From the NCBI GenBank assembly GCA_963823655.1, contig CAWGMK010000007.1, forward strand, positions 64,001-128,000: DNA of 64,000 nt. The letters run 5' to 3'. Positions 49,182 to 63,534 of the stretch are shown here, one piece after another; position 1 is the first letter of the stretch, and each line of letters opens with the position of its first letter. The stretch comes from an uncultured Bacillota bacterium. Lineage in GTDB: Bacteria; Bacillota; DTU025; MWDF01. The position numbers were made by a program, and so were the translations under genes. The notes under the pieces were generated by a model. That model searched no databases. It saw only the letters and a list, made by a program, of their open reading frames with translations, and was not told the origin of the DNA.

Positions 49182-49967
49182 ATGTCAGTCAAATCAGCAG
49201 TTAGAGGCTGTCTAGCCATCCTTATAGTGGCGATGATAATAATGATGCAGCCGGGTTGCTCGAAAAGAATGGCGATTCTATATTTTACCGATTCGGATAA
49301 TGATTTCATGGGTGAAGCGCTTGACAGGATGAATTACGCCTTTACAAGGATTTATTCTTTGGTAGATTTCGCAACTATAGATCAGAGCGCAGAATGGGAC
49401 CTAATAATTTTCGACAATCGTTTCCCAAGCCCAATACCAGGTTATCAGGAAATTCTTATAACGATACTTTTCTTTTACCAGCAGCAAGGCGGCAAGGTTA
49501 TTTTTACTTCAAACGAGTTAGCTAATGACGATTTTGCTGTAATGCTTAGCTCTTTTGGTTATGAATATAAAACGACCAGCTTGACGCCTATAAGCGTTTA
49601 CAAGATAGAACCGGACAGTCAATTCTGGACAGAGCCAAACGATGTCCCGGATCTATACTTCGCGGGCGTTACAGACACATACGGGACTGCGCCGAATGCT
49701 TTTAAGGGTGCAGCCGTCCTATCCGGAATAAAAATGGCATCTTTCAACGCAGCTAATCGAGCCGATTTAAATGCCGGAGCCATATTCAAGGCAAATTCAG
49801 GAAGGACGATACTGAACGCGTTCTTCTTGGATGATGCCGTTGTCGGAGGAGTCCCTATAGACTTTGATATTGACGGGATCCCTGATGCTGTGGAGTGGTA
49901 CATGAACGAGCTGGCTGCAATAGAGAAGGTACCCGGAGAAAAGGTCAAATTGGAGTTTCCGGATTGA
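49182..49967 (+). CDS. Hypothetical lipoprotein
   Basis: RBS GGAGGTG, signal peptide ending QPGC, C-terminal DFDIDGIPD motif; AT-richer than its neighbours. Confidence 0.6.
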   Translation: MSVKSAVRGCLAILIVAMIIMMQPGCSKRMAILYFTDSDNDFMGEALDRMNYAFTRIYSLVDFATIDQSAEWDLIIFDNRFPSPIPGYQEILITILFFYQQQGGKVIFTSNELANDDFAVMLSSFGYEYKTTSLTPISVYKIEPDSQFWTEPNDVPDLYFAGVTDTYGTAPNAFKGAAVLSGIKMASFNAANRADLNAGAIFKANSGRTILNAFFLDDAVVGGVPIDFDIDGIPDAVEWYMNELAAIEKVPGEKVKLEFPD

Positions 49968-50000
49968 GCATCAGCAGTAAAGACTGGTGACCCATTAATG

Positions 50001-50037
50001 GAGTCTATCCGAGTTAACGCTCGGATAGACTCATTTT
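50001..50037 (+). terminator. Rho-independent terminator
   Basis: GAGTCTATCCGAG-N6-CTCGGATAGACTC-ATTTT. Confidence 0.8.
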
Positions 50038-50156
50038 GAAGGCATCTCGTATTTGTCATTGACCAATTCAAACTTCAGAATGGCAAAGGAATTATTAAAT
50101 TAGCGTTGAAGCTGATAGAACAGGCACAAAACAAAAGACATCCGAGGAGGACAACC

Positions 50157-52337
50157 ATGAATAAGAAGGCGCTCACTTACTGTCTGGCCGCAACTCTAAT
50201 ACTCACACTTTCGTCAATCGCCCTCGGTACAAGCCTTAAAATCACCCTTAAGGACGGCACAGTTGTCTATTACGAAATTGATGATATTGCTCAAATGGAG
50301 TTCATTGAGGACGCAGCTTCAGGGCAACAGGCTCCGATAGTTGTTCCTCCGGCCGCAGGAGCCGGTCAAACAATACGCCCCGCAGAAATGGTGGCTGTGA
50401 GCAAGAGCTTCAATGGGCCGCTTGATCCATTTTGGACACAGGTGGGCGCCGCCGGTGGCAACTTCCAAAAGTTCGCCAAATTGGAGAACGGACAGCTAAA
50501 CATTGATGTACCTTCAGGCAACAGCTGGGGGAAGACGGGCATCATGAGCTCGGAGCCTCTGTTCACAATAACTAAAGGCATGGCCCAGGACCCGGTGAAA
50601 ATCCTCATTGAGCTTGATCCTTCCGGGACCGACGGTTTCGTAATAGCGTTGAACCCCGTCAGGGACACCGATGCCTGGAACAGGACGAACCTGTGGGGCT
50701 TCTGGGGCAAAGTAGCGGGCACCAACAAGTCTCATTTCGGCCTGACCAGCTACCAGGGAGAAGGGGACTACAGAGCCAACTCCGAGAAAGAGGGAAGGGC
50801 CGTCCCGCAGTTCCTGCTTCTTACTATATGGCCGGGCAAAGCGGAATTGAAGGATCCCGTTTCCGGCGAAACATTCACGGCAAATTATTCCTGGCTCAAA
50901 GAAGGCGTACAACCCTACTTCTTTATCTTCTCCAGCCCGCTGGCGGCAAGCGGCCCATCTAAGCTTGCGGTGAAGTCCATTGAGGTATTCGGAGCGGCAA
51001 AAGTCGCTGAATTTTCCACAAATCCTGCACCGCTCAAGGGCTTTGAAGGCGCACCGGATATCAATATGCAATTCGAAGGAACGCAGCTTGATCCATACTG
51101 GTCGAAGATCGCAGTAGTCGGCGGCAATTTCGATAAATTCGCAAAGATCAGCGGCGGAAAGCTAAGCATAAATGTCTCTTCGGGCAACAGCTGGGGCAAG
51201 ACAGGCGTCGTATCAAAAGCCCCGGTGTTCACAGTCGAAACCGGAATGGCCTCCAATCCCGCCAGGATACTGCTTGAGTTCGATCCCTCTGAGACAGAGA
51301 ATTTCGTGGCAGCGCTTGCCCCAACGATGTATCCGGACGTTTGGCTTACTACAAATACATGGATCAGCTGGGTCAAGAAGCCGGGGACGGAGATATCGTC
51401 ATTCGTGCTTGCCAGCCCACAGGGAGAAGGGGCCCCAACGACCGAGGCGGAGAAGGCCGGGCGAAAGAATCCGCAGCACATGTCCATAACGGTCTATCCC
51501 GGAAAAGTGGAGGTCAAGGACCTGGTGTCAGGGGAGACGCTTGTGGGCAATTATTCTTGGATGAAAGCGGGTACGCCTGTCTACTTCTATCTATTCAGCT
51601 CCCCGTATATTGAAGGTGGGCCTGCCAAGTTCTCGCTGAAATCCTTCAAAGTCTTCGGATTGGGCAAACAGGAAGCGGTAGAGGGTGGCATGGAAACAGA
51701 CGTGCTTGCCGATGCAGGCATCACAGGCACCCCTGCAATGATCGAAGAGTTCGAAGAGCCACTGAGCTCACTTTGGGACAAGATTGAAGTGGTAGGGGGC
51801 AACTTCAACAAATTTGCCAAAGTGGCAAACGGCGAGCTCACAATAGATGTGCCTTCTGGCAACAGTTGGGGAAAGACTGGAATATTGTCGGCCTTCCCGA
51901 TGCTTACTGTTGAAAGCGGAATGTCTACAAGACCGGCCAGGATATTAGTAGAATTTAACCAGCAATTGACCGAAAACGTACTGCTGGCGCTCTCCGAAAT
52001 CAAAAATCCGGACGTGTGGCTCACCACCAATGTCTGGGCGAATTACATGAAGAAGCCGGGATCGGCAGATACCAATTTCATTCTCGTTAGCTCTCAAGGC
52101 GAAGGAGCTCCCACGGACAAAGCTACAAGAAGCGACAGGCCGATACCTAAGTACCTGATGCTTACGATATGGCCCGGGAAAGTCGAGTTCAAGGACCTTG
52201 ACACAAAAGAGACGCTTACGGCCAATTACCCTTGGATTAAGGTGGGAACACCGATCTACTTCTATGCTTTCGTTCACCCATGGGAAATGGGAGGACCGGC
52301 GAAGATGTCCATAAAATCCATCAAGATCTACAAGTAG
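50157..52337 (+). CDS. Secreted hypothetical protein with three tandem ~195-aa repeats
   Basis: RBS GAGGAGG, signal peptide; W....GGNF.KFAK..SGNSWGKTG...QGEG...PGK.E.KD occurs three times. Confidence 0.85.
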   Translation: MNKKALTYCLAATLILTLSSIALGTSLKITLKDGTVVYYEIDDIAQMEFIEDAASGQQAPIVVPPAAGAGQTIRPAEMVAVSKSFNGPLDPFWTQVGAAGGNFQKFAKLENGQLNIDVPSGNSWGKTGIMSSEPLFTITKGMAQDPVKILIELDPSGTDGFVIALNPVRDTDAWNRTNLWGFWGKVAGTNKSHFGLTSYQGEGDYRANSEKEGRAVPQFLLLTIWPGKAELKDPVSGETFTANYSWLKEGVQPYFFIFSSPLAASGPSKLAVKSIEVFGAAKVAEFSTNPAPLKGFEGAPDINMQFEGTQLDPYWSKIAVVGGNFDKFAKISGGKLSINVSSGNSWGKTGVVSKAPVFTVETGMASNPARILLEFDPSETENFVAALAPTMYPDVWLTTNTWISWVKKPGTEISSFVLASPQGEGAPTTEAEKAGRKNPQHMSITVYPGKVEVKDLVSGETLVGNYSWMKAGTPVYFYLFSSPYIEGGPAKFSLKSFKVFGLGKQEAVEGGMETDVLADAGITGTPAMIEEFEEPLSSLWDKIEVVGGNFNKFAKVANGELTIDVPSGNSWGKTGILSAFPMLTVESGMSTRPARILVEFNQQLTENVLLALSEIKNPDVWLTTNVWANYMKKPGSADTNFILVSSQGEGAPTDKATRSDRPIPKYLMLTIWPGKVEFKDLDTKETLTANYPWIKVGTPIYFYAFVHPWEMGGPAKMSIKSIKIYK

Positions 52338-52494
52338 TCCTTTAGACAAGACTTCAGGGATGACTGCTGATGCCGGACTGAGAGGGTAAACGAGCCCAGG
52401 CAGCCCGGCATCATGCATTGTCGGGGCAGTTGAGCAACAACCGCTTTTGTTAACGGGCAAGCTATACGACAGAGGAGAACTTGCCTAATCAGGC

Positions 52495-52523
52495 TTGACT
52501 TGCCCTTGCCCGCGCGATATAGT
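52495..52523 (+). promoter_or_regulatory. rRNA operon promoter
   Basis: TTGACT-N17-TATAGT, with boxA-like GCTCTTTGAAAA near 52559. Confidence 0.75.
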
Positions 52524-52721
52524 AATAAAGCCACACTGCTAGCAATACGCACGTGGCGGCTCTTTGAAAACCGGGAATAGGGAAGGACAGCAAACGAGGA
52601 AAAAGAGAGAGAAAGAGACTCTAAATAAGCGAGCGGGCGAAGAGGATCTTTGAGAAACTTGTCAGCGGATGAAAAAAAGCTAGGTTAGAGCAGACCTCTA
52701 ATGGGGTTTAGCGATAAACTT

Positions 52722-54264
<1,543 letters not shown>

Positions 54265-54430
54265 TTAGGCGAAGCGCTCAGGCGCCGAGCCGAAGACTTC
54301 AGGTCGATGATCAATTCGTCCAAGAAAGCTCGCGCCGGTGGCTGACAAGCCGGCGGGTCAATGACTCTCTCAGACAGCTCGTAAGTTCAACTTCCATGTT
54401 CCCGGTTTCCAGGGAGTCTTCCTTGGAGAT

Positions 54431-54507
<77 letters not shown>

Positions 54508-54572
54508 TCTTTTTGAACCGAGGCGCTGACCCTCAGCTGATTCAGCATCCTTCGTTCAAGGTTTGGCAATAT

Positions 54573-54648
54573 GGGGATGTAGCTCAGTTGGGAGAGCACC
54601 TGCTTTGCACGCAGGGGGTCGTCGGTTCGAGTCCGATCATCTCCACCA
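54573..54648 (+). tRNA. tRNA-Ala (UGC)
   Basis: GGGGATGTAGCTCAG...TTTGCAC...GGTTCGAG...CCA. Confidence 0.96.
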
Positions 54649-54816
54649 AAAAGCTCGGGTACTTGTGATACAGGATTTGGGCAATGCTCTTTGGCAACCG
54701 CATAAGGGAAAAGTGAAGAGGAAAGACAAAAAGGGTAACAAAAGGCAAGTGTATACAGTCCAGGCGAATACCTGGGAAAAGATAGAAGAAGCGCGTAAAG
54801 GGAAATAAAGACAATT

Positions 54817-57762
<2,946 letters not shown>

Positions 57763-57882
57763 TTCATAGCGGACTTCTGCCTTAAGAACAGATATCCGCC
57801 GTGACTGTAGCTTGCCCAACCCATTACCCCATAAATCCATCCTCTTCTTCAATTCACCTTTTGCGGTTGCCAAAGGGCATTA

Positions 57883-57913
57883 AATGGGCCTGATCTTTCG
57901 GATCAGGCCCATT
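57883..57913 (+). terminator. Terminator hairpin of the rRNA operon
   Basis: AATGGGCCTGATC-TTTCG-GATCAGGCCCATT. Confidence 0.75.
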
Positions 57914-57943
57914 ACTATTAAATATAAGACCAGGAGGTAAAAT

Positions 57944-58465
57944 ATGGCTGTAAACAGGACAAACCAGCTTACTTTATCAGCTATGTTCGTAGCAATGGCG
58001 CTGCTGATCCCGAGGCTGTTACACTCCGTCCCGAACGCAGGGACGCTGCTTCTGCCCATGCACTATCCCATCTTGCTCGGAGCTTTCTTCCTTGAACCTG
58101 GGTATGCGCTTATGGTCGGGCTCCTGAGCCCTGTGCTGAGCACCCTTATAACCGGCATGCCCCCTGCATTTCCCGGTGCTTCCGTTCATGGCGGCCGAGC
58201 TGGGCACATATGCGTTGCTGCGAGCATCCTGTACAGGAAAATCAAGATGGACAAGAACATCGCCCTCGTCGGGGCGATGGTATTGGGGCGTTTTGCGGCT
58301 TCGGTTGCGGTCTGGATTCTGGTTATCGCATTCGGTGCGAAACTGCCGTCGCCCTGGATATTCTTTGCCGGAGCATTCACAGGAAGCCTTCCTGGAATAG
58401 CGATACAGCTTGCCAGCATACCGGCAATAGTCTCTCTGATACAAAAAGGAAGGGCCGCCAGGTAG
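57944..58465 (+). CDS. ECF transporter S component (contains two compensating frameshifts)
   Basis: LLPMHYPILL, GLLSP.LS...TGMPP, MVLGR, LPGIAIQL; the expected VLPFMAAEL segment is in the +1 frame. Confidence 0.82.
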   Translation: MAVNRTNQLTLSAMFVAMALLIPRLLHSVPNAGTLLLPMHYPILLGAFFLEPGYALMVGLLSPVLSTLITGMPPAFPGASVHGGRAGHICVAASILYRKIKMDKNIALVGAMVLGRFAASVAVWILVIAFGAKLPSPWIFFAGAFTGSLPGIAIQLASIPAIVSLIQKGRAAR

Positions 58466-58505
58466 CAGCCCAAACCGATTAAATATTGAAGCAAAAGAGG
58501 GGGGA

Positions 58506-59405
58506 TCAAACCCTCTTTTTTGCTTTCTTCAGCTTCAACGCCGCTATCTGTTCTTCGGAGTAGTTGGGCGGTGCCAAAAGCCTTTCGGGGTGTTCCAGGT
58601 AATCTTTGAACACTTTGAGAGAGTTGCCGTAGTACATCCCGTCCGCGAGCCTGTCGTCCAGCGTCATATATATGTCGAGGACACTGGCTATTTTCCCCTC
58701 GCCGCTTCTAGAATCTAAAACAGGCGCTTTCTTTATCTTGCCGATTGCGATTATGACGCCGCTGTTGCCCCAGTTGAACAGGTGATGGAACACGCCGTCT
58801 ATGCCGATGCTGCCGAGATTCGTCATCAATACAGTGCTGTAGGAGGGGTCGTTGTCTATCATGAAGCCGGGCAGCATGTTGTTCGCGTCCAACAATTTAT
58901 AGAGCCACATGAAGGTCCCGATGACGGGCTTGGGCATCTTCATCAGGAAGTCCACTTCCCTCTCAGAGCCGCTGCCGGCCTCGCTCTTACCAATCGCGAT
59001 GTCCGCCCTTACCTTTCTTGCGACATCGAAAACGGTGTCGTTCGGCAAGAATGTTGTCTTCACAAGTCCCTCGATGCCCTCGTCACTGAACTCCTTCTTG
59101 GCCACCAGGCTGAAGGATATCTCATTCCTTTGATAGAAGTCGTGCCCGGAAACGAATGTGTTCATCAGGGGGCGCTCAACAACAGCCCGGATATAAGCTG
59201 CGATTATCAGATGAAGTATTGTTATCCTATCACCCAGCGCCCTGCCTCGGTTCAGCTCCAAAAGTTGCGATATCGCCGCGTCCATTTTGAAAGTCTCCTT
59301 GTAGTACAAAGAAGACTCATCCCTAGTAACGCAGGTATAAGTGAGGACTTTCTTGAAGCTTGGCACTTTGATGTATGTGCCGTCGGGCCTGTTCCTGAAA
59401 AGCAT
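58506..59405 (-). CDS. Stand-alone 2-oxoacid dehydrogenase E2-like acyltransferase domain, paralog 1
   Basis: RPDG, RP.MN.FV.G, TNLGSIG, HHLFNWG, TLDDRLADG; no lipoyl domain. Confidence 0.82.
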   Translation of the reverse strand: MLFRNRPDGTYIKVPSFKKVLTYTCVTRDESSLYYKETFKMDAAISQLLELNRGRALGDRITILHLIIAAYIRAVVERPLMNTFVSGHDFYQRNEISFSLVAKKEFSDEGIEGLVKTTFLPNDTVFDVARKVRADIAIGKSEAGSGSEREVDFLMKMPKPVIGTFMWLYKLLDANNMLPGFMIDNDPSYSTVLMTNLGSIGIDGVFHHLFNWGNSGVIIAIGKIKKAPVLDSRSGEGKIASVLDIYMTLDDRLADGMYYGNSLKVFKDYLEHPERLLAPPNYSEEQIAALKLKKAKKRV

Positions 59406-59549
59406 CCCGTACCCCTCCCGAAAAACATGCTCAATATTCCTTCCACACAAAAGCCTGAATATCCTATGTAAGACCCCATCTTCGCCGAAGAATCAAAAGG
59501 CCCGCGGCATATCATCACATCCGCAGGCCCGAGTGATTGCCAGGCACCC

Positions 59550-60434
59550 CTAGTCCTTAAGCTTCAGCTCGGCGATCTGTTCCTTTGTGAACTGGCCGCT
59601 TTCCATCAATTGCCTGGGATGCTCGATGTAATTCTTGAACAGCCGCAGCGAGTTGCCGTAATAGACGCCGTCCGCCACCCTGTCGTCCAGGGTGATTTTC
59701 ATATCCATTACATTGGTTACCTTGACAATCCCGCTCCTGGTCTCGTATAGCGGACCCTTCTTGAGTTTGCCCACGGATATGAATATCGAGCATGTGCCCC
59801 AGTTATAAAGGTGATGGTAGATCGTATCCATGCCGATGCTGCCGAGGTTTGTGAAGAAGGCCGTCGAATATATCGGGTCGGTCTTGATCATGAATCCAGG
59901 CAGGAGGTTGTGGTAATCAAGGAACTTATAAGTCCAGATGAAGGCCTTTATGAAGGGCCTGGGGAGAGCCATCACGATGTCGATTTCCTTTTCGGTCTTG
60001 TTGCCCGCCTCACTCTTCCCGTGGACGACCGCTTCTCTTATCTTGCGCGCAACGTCCTGCAGGGAGTCGTTGGGTTTCAAGGATATCCTGACTATGGATT
60101 CTTCGCCCTCATCGGTCAGGTCCTTCTTCGCTACGAAGCTGAAAAGTATCTCATTCCTGCGATAATACCTCTGCCCTGCTACGAAAGTGTTGAGGATGGG
60201 CCTTTCGGCTATGGTCCTGAGAAGGGACGTAAGTATTATATGGAAGAGGTTTATCCTGTCTTCGGGCTGTTTGCCGCGGTTCACCTCAAGAAGCATCTCT
60301 ATGGCTTCATCCATGTTGAACCTGTCGGTGCAGAAGAGCACCGACTCGTCCCTTGTTGGGAACATGTAGGGGTTCAGCTTCTTGAAATTGGGGACCTTCA
60401 ATGCCGTTCCATCGGGCCTATCCCTGAATATCAT
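59550..60434 (-). CDS. Stand-alone 2-oxoacid dehydrogenase E2-like acyltransferase domain, paralog 2
   Basis: RPDG, TNLGSIG, HHLYNWG, TLDDRVADG; no lipoyl domain. Confidence 0.82.
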   Translation of the reverse strand: MIFRDRPDGTALKVPNFKKLNPYMFPTRDESVLFCTDRFNMDEAIEMLLEVNRGKQPEDRINLFHIILTSLLRTIAERPILNTFVAGQRYYRRNEILFSFVAKKDLTDEGEESIVRISLKPNDSLQDVARKIREAVVHGKSEAGNKTEKEIDIVMALPRPFIKAFIWTYKFLDYHNLLPGFMIKTDPIYSTAFFTNLGSIGMDTIYHHLYNWGTCSIFISVGKLKKGPLYETRSGIVKVTNVMDMKITLDDRVADGVYYGNSLRLFKNYIEHPRQLMESGQFTKEQIAELKLKD

Positions 60435-60714
60435 CAGAAATCCTCCGGTGTCTAAAGCTTTACCTGTCAATTATACATCATCAACCGGGCGCAAGAACTC
60501 CGGCACAAATGAAACGACAAACAGGTCGCAATCTTTCACATACAAGCACAAAGTGTGAAAAAGACCGGAGCAGGGATCGGGCCGAGCATGCCTCTGGGCA
60601 ATTTCTCCTGTAATAGAAGAGGTTTCATTGATAGAATAGACATTGATGAATTGCCTGGCGCGGGCTACGTGTCTTACGGCCCGCGCTTGGATTTTCATCT
60701 TGCAGGAGGGCTCT

Positions 60715-61536
60715 ATGCGCTACAGGATGCTGGTTACGGACCTGGACTACACGTGCCTCGATGAGAGGCATGAGATCCCGGAAGTGAATCTCAGGGCCGC
60801 GAAAAGGGCTATTGAGGAGGGTATCATCTTCTCCATAGCCACGGGCAGGGGGAAGGCGGCGGCGCAGATGCCGGTCAGCCAATTGGGCCCCAACGCCCCG
60901 GTGATACTGCAAAACGGCATGAACATATATGATTTCGGAAAAGACCTGATGATCAGGGAGCATATCGTAGACATCAACACTGCGATAAAGGCGGTCGCTT
61001 GGGGAGATAAAAGGGGAGTCATACCTGTGATTTCTGTCGGCGATAGGCATTATGTGTCGAAGCGCGGCGGTAAGAAAATCGACGATCTAGAAAGGCTCGA
61101 GGGGGTTCCGACCATAGAGACGGGCGATATGGAACAATTCCTCGTTAAAGAAAGAGAAAGCATCGCGGTGGCGAATGTACTATACATTTGTGAACCGGAG
61201 GAGCGCGACACGGTAGCGGCCGAGGCGGCGCTCGTCTTCCCTGAAATGAACGTTATAGTCTCTGGGCCACCTTTTGTGGAGTTTCTGAACAAGGATGCGT
61301 CCAAAGGGCATGCTCTGGTCGAGATTTGCGAACTGATGGGAATAAATATGTCGGAAGTCGTAGTAGTCGGGGACGCCCAGAACGATGCCGAGATGTTAAG
61401 GCTGGCGGGAATGTCCTATGCTGTCGCAAACGCAGACGAGGACATTAAAAAGATAGCCAAGAAGGTGTGCGTTCGCAGCAATAATGACGGAGTCCTTCCT
61501 GAGGTGCTCCAAGATGCATTCGGAATCGAGATATAA
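60715..61536 (+). CDS. Cof-type HAD-IIB hydrolase
   Basis: DLDYT, IATGR, SKGHAL, GDAQNDAEM; RBS GGAGG. Confidence 0.92.
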   Translation: MRYRMLVTDLDYTCLDERHEIPEVNLRAAKRAIEEGIIFSIATGRGKAAAQMPVSQLGPNAPVILQNGMNIYDFGKDLMIREHIVDINTAIKAVAWGDKRGVIPVISVGDRHYVSKRGGKKIDDLERLEGVPTIETGDMEQFLVKERESIAVANVLYICEPEERDTVAAEAALVFPEMNVIVSGPPFVEFLNKDASKGHALVEICELMGINMSEVVVVGDAQNDAEMLRLAGMSYAVANADEDIKKIAKKVCVRSNNDGVLPEVLQDAFGIEI

Positions 61537-61573
61537 GCGGAAGCCAATCAGATTTGAACTGCAGGTGATATGA

Positions 61574-63109
61574 ATGTCGGATAAAAAGAAGCTAATGCTT
61601 GTAATAATGGACGGTTGGGGTGTACCCAAGAAGCTGTCAGACAGCGCGATAACGCCTGTCAATGCCCCCAATGTGACCAAGATGTCCGATCTTAACCCCT
61701 ACTGCACTCTGCCTGCTCACGGCAGGGCAGTGGGACTTCCCGACGGCCAGATGGGAGGCTCCGAAGTTGGGCACCTATGTCTGGGCGCGGGTCGAGTCGT
61801 CCCCCAAGCCCTCGCCTATATTGACGGGCTGATCGAATCAGGGGAGTTCTACAAGAACGAAGTAATTGCCGAAGCCTTCGATTCCGCAAAGAAGTCGGGA
61901 GGCTCCGTGCACCTATTGGGGCTGTTGTCGCCGGGCGGCGTACACTCTCACACCAGACAGGTAGAGGCCATCGTTAAATTTGCCAAGGCATCAGGCGTCG
62001 AGAGATTGTTCTTGCACGCATTCCTCGACGGCAGGGACGTGCCACCCAGAAGCGCCAGGGAGCAGGTGGCGGATGTCGAGGCGATGCTTAAAAGGGAGGG
62101 CCTCGGCAGGATAGCCACGGTATCCGGAAGGTATTATCCCATGGACCGCGACAACAGATGGGACAGGGTCAAAAGGGGCTGGGACGCAATAGTCCTGGGA
62201 AGAGGAAGGATAGCCGCAAGCGCTGAGGAAGCTATAGACACATCCTACCAGGAGGGCATAAACGACGAGTTCGTAGAGCCCACCGTAATATTCCACGACG
62301 GAATGGCCATAGGGAAAGTAAAAGATGGCGATTCCGTGATATTCTTCAACTTCAGGGGAGACAGGGCGCGGGAGCTGACCAGGGCATTCAACGAACCCGG
62401 TTTCGATTCCTTCATCAGGGAGTCCGTGCCGAAGACGCACTTCGTCTGCTTCATGGATTATTTGAAAGAGCCGGGATACAAGATAGCATTTTCGCAGCCG
62501 GATACGAAGGAAGGCCTCTCTGAGACCCTTTCCGGACACGGCCTGAAGCAGCTGCATACGGCGGAGACAGAGAAGTTCGCCCATGTGACCTACTTCTTCA
62601 ATGGCGGCAAGGAAGAGCCTTTTGAAGGCGAGGACAGGGTAATGGTCCCTTCTCCGAGAGTCGCCACATACGATCTAAAGCCCGACATGAGCGCCCACGA
62701 AGTATCGGAAGTGGTTATCGGGGCGCTGAAATCGGAGAAATACGACTTCATAGTCGTGAATTTCGCAAACTGCGACATGGTCGGGCATACTGGCTTCTTC
62801 GATGCAACGGTCGAGGCTGTGAAGACCGTGGATTTCTGCGTCGGAAGGATAGTGGAAAAGGCAAGGTCCATAGGCTGGACGGTAATGATAACCGCAGATC
62901 ATGGAAACGCGGATGAGATGAAGGACCCGTCCACAAGGGATACATCCACGGCCCATTCGCTAAACCCTGTTCCGTTCATCGTAATAGGAGAGGGAGATAT
63001 AAAACTGAGGGAGGACGGGGACTTCGGCGATGTGGCGCCTACTGTCCTTGATGCCCTGGGAATTGAAAAGCCGGCCGCTATGACCGGCAGGAGCCTTATA
63101 ATCAGATAA
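61574..63109 (+). CDS. gpmI: 2,3-bisphosphoglycerate-independent phosphoglycerate mutase
   Basis: IMDGWG, GQMGGSEVGH, AETEKFAHVT, DMVGHTG, TADHGN. Confidence 0.96.
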   Translation: MSDKKKLMLVIMDGWGVPKKLSDSAITPVNAPNVTKMSDLNPYCTLPAHGRAVGLPDGQMGGSEVGHLCLGAGRVVPQALAYIDGLIESGEFYKNEVIAEAFDSAKKSGGSVHLLGLLSPGGVHSHTRQVEAIVKFAKASGVERLFLHAFLDGRDVPPRSAREQVADVEAMLKREGLGRIATVSGRYYPMDRDNRWDRVKRGWDAIVLGRGRIAASAEEAIDTSYQEGINDEFVEPTVIFHDGMAIGKVKDGDSVIFFNFRGDRARELTRAFNEPGFDSFIRESVPKTHFVCFMDYLKEPGYKIAFSQPDTKEGLSETLSGHGLKQLHTAETEKFAHVTYFFNGGKEEPFEGEDRVMVPSPRVATYDLKPDMSAHEVSEVVIGALKSEKYDFIVVNFANCDMVGHTGFFDATVEAVKTVDFCVGRIVEKARSIGWTVMITADHGNADEMKDPSTRDTSTAHSLNPVPFIVIGEGDIKLREDGDFGDVAPTVLDALGIEKPAAMTGRSLIIR

Positions 63110-63505
63110 TCAAGCCATTCCCAGGCTGAGCGTGCTCAGCGTGTCTATGGTGCCCGGCTTGAAAGAAGCGTGACGGAAAGTATGCTTCATGGCCATTATG
63201 CTGAGAAATTGCGGGAAAAGGGCCGATTCCACAGGCTTTCTAAGATCGAGCGACATGGCAAGCGAAGCGTCGGGAAGCATCACATCGATCTCCTTGGCGC
63301 CGGATGTGTAGGCAGAATCAAGGGCCATCCTTACGGCATCAAGCCTTGCGGAGCGCATGCCCTTTTCGGGAGGATCGATGCGGCGGACTATCTCCGATAC
63401 TGTACGGCCTTCGGAGTCAAGAAGAAGCGCCCAGGCGTTCGCCCCGCTGTCGTGCCTTAGAAAAGCGTCGATATAGGCAGTGACCTTTCCTTGTATCTTG
63501 GACAT
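63110..63505 (-). CDS. Degenerate RNase HI-fold (RVT_3-like) protein
   Basis: TAYIDA...AWALLLD..G...A...AL..A...GAKEIDV..DA; RBS GAGGTG. Confidence 0.6.
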   Translation of the reverse strand: MSKIQGKVTAYIDAFLRHDSGANAWALLLDSEGRTVSEIVRRIDPPEKGMRSARLDAVRMALDSAYTSGAKEIDVMLPDASLAMSLDLRKPVESALFPQFLSIMAMKHTFRHASFKPGTIDTLSTLSLGMA

Positions 63506-63534
63506 GGTATTCACCTCGCATCCTAACTGATTTT

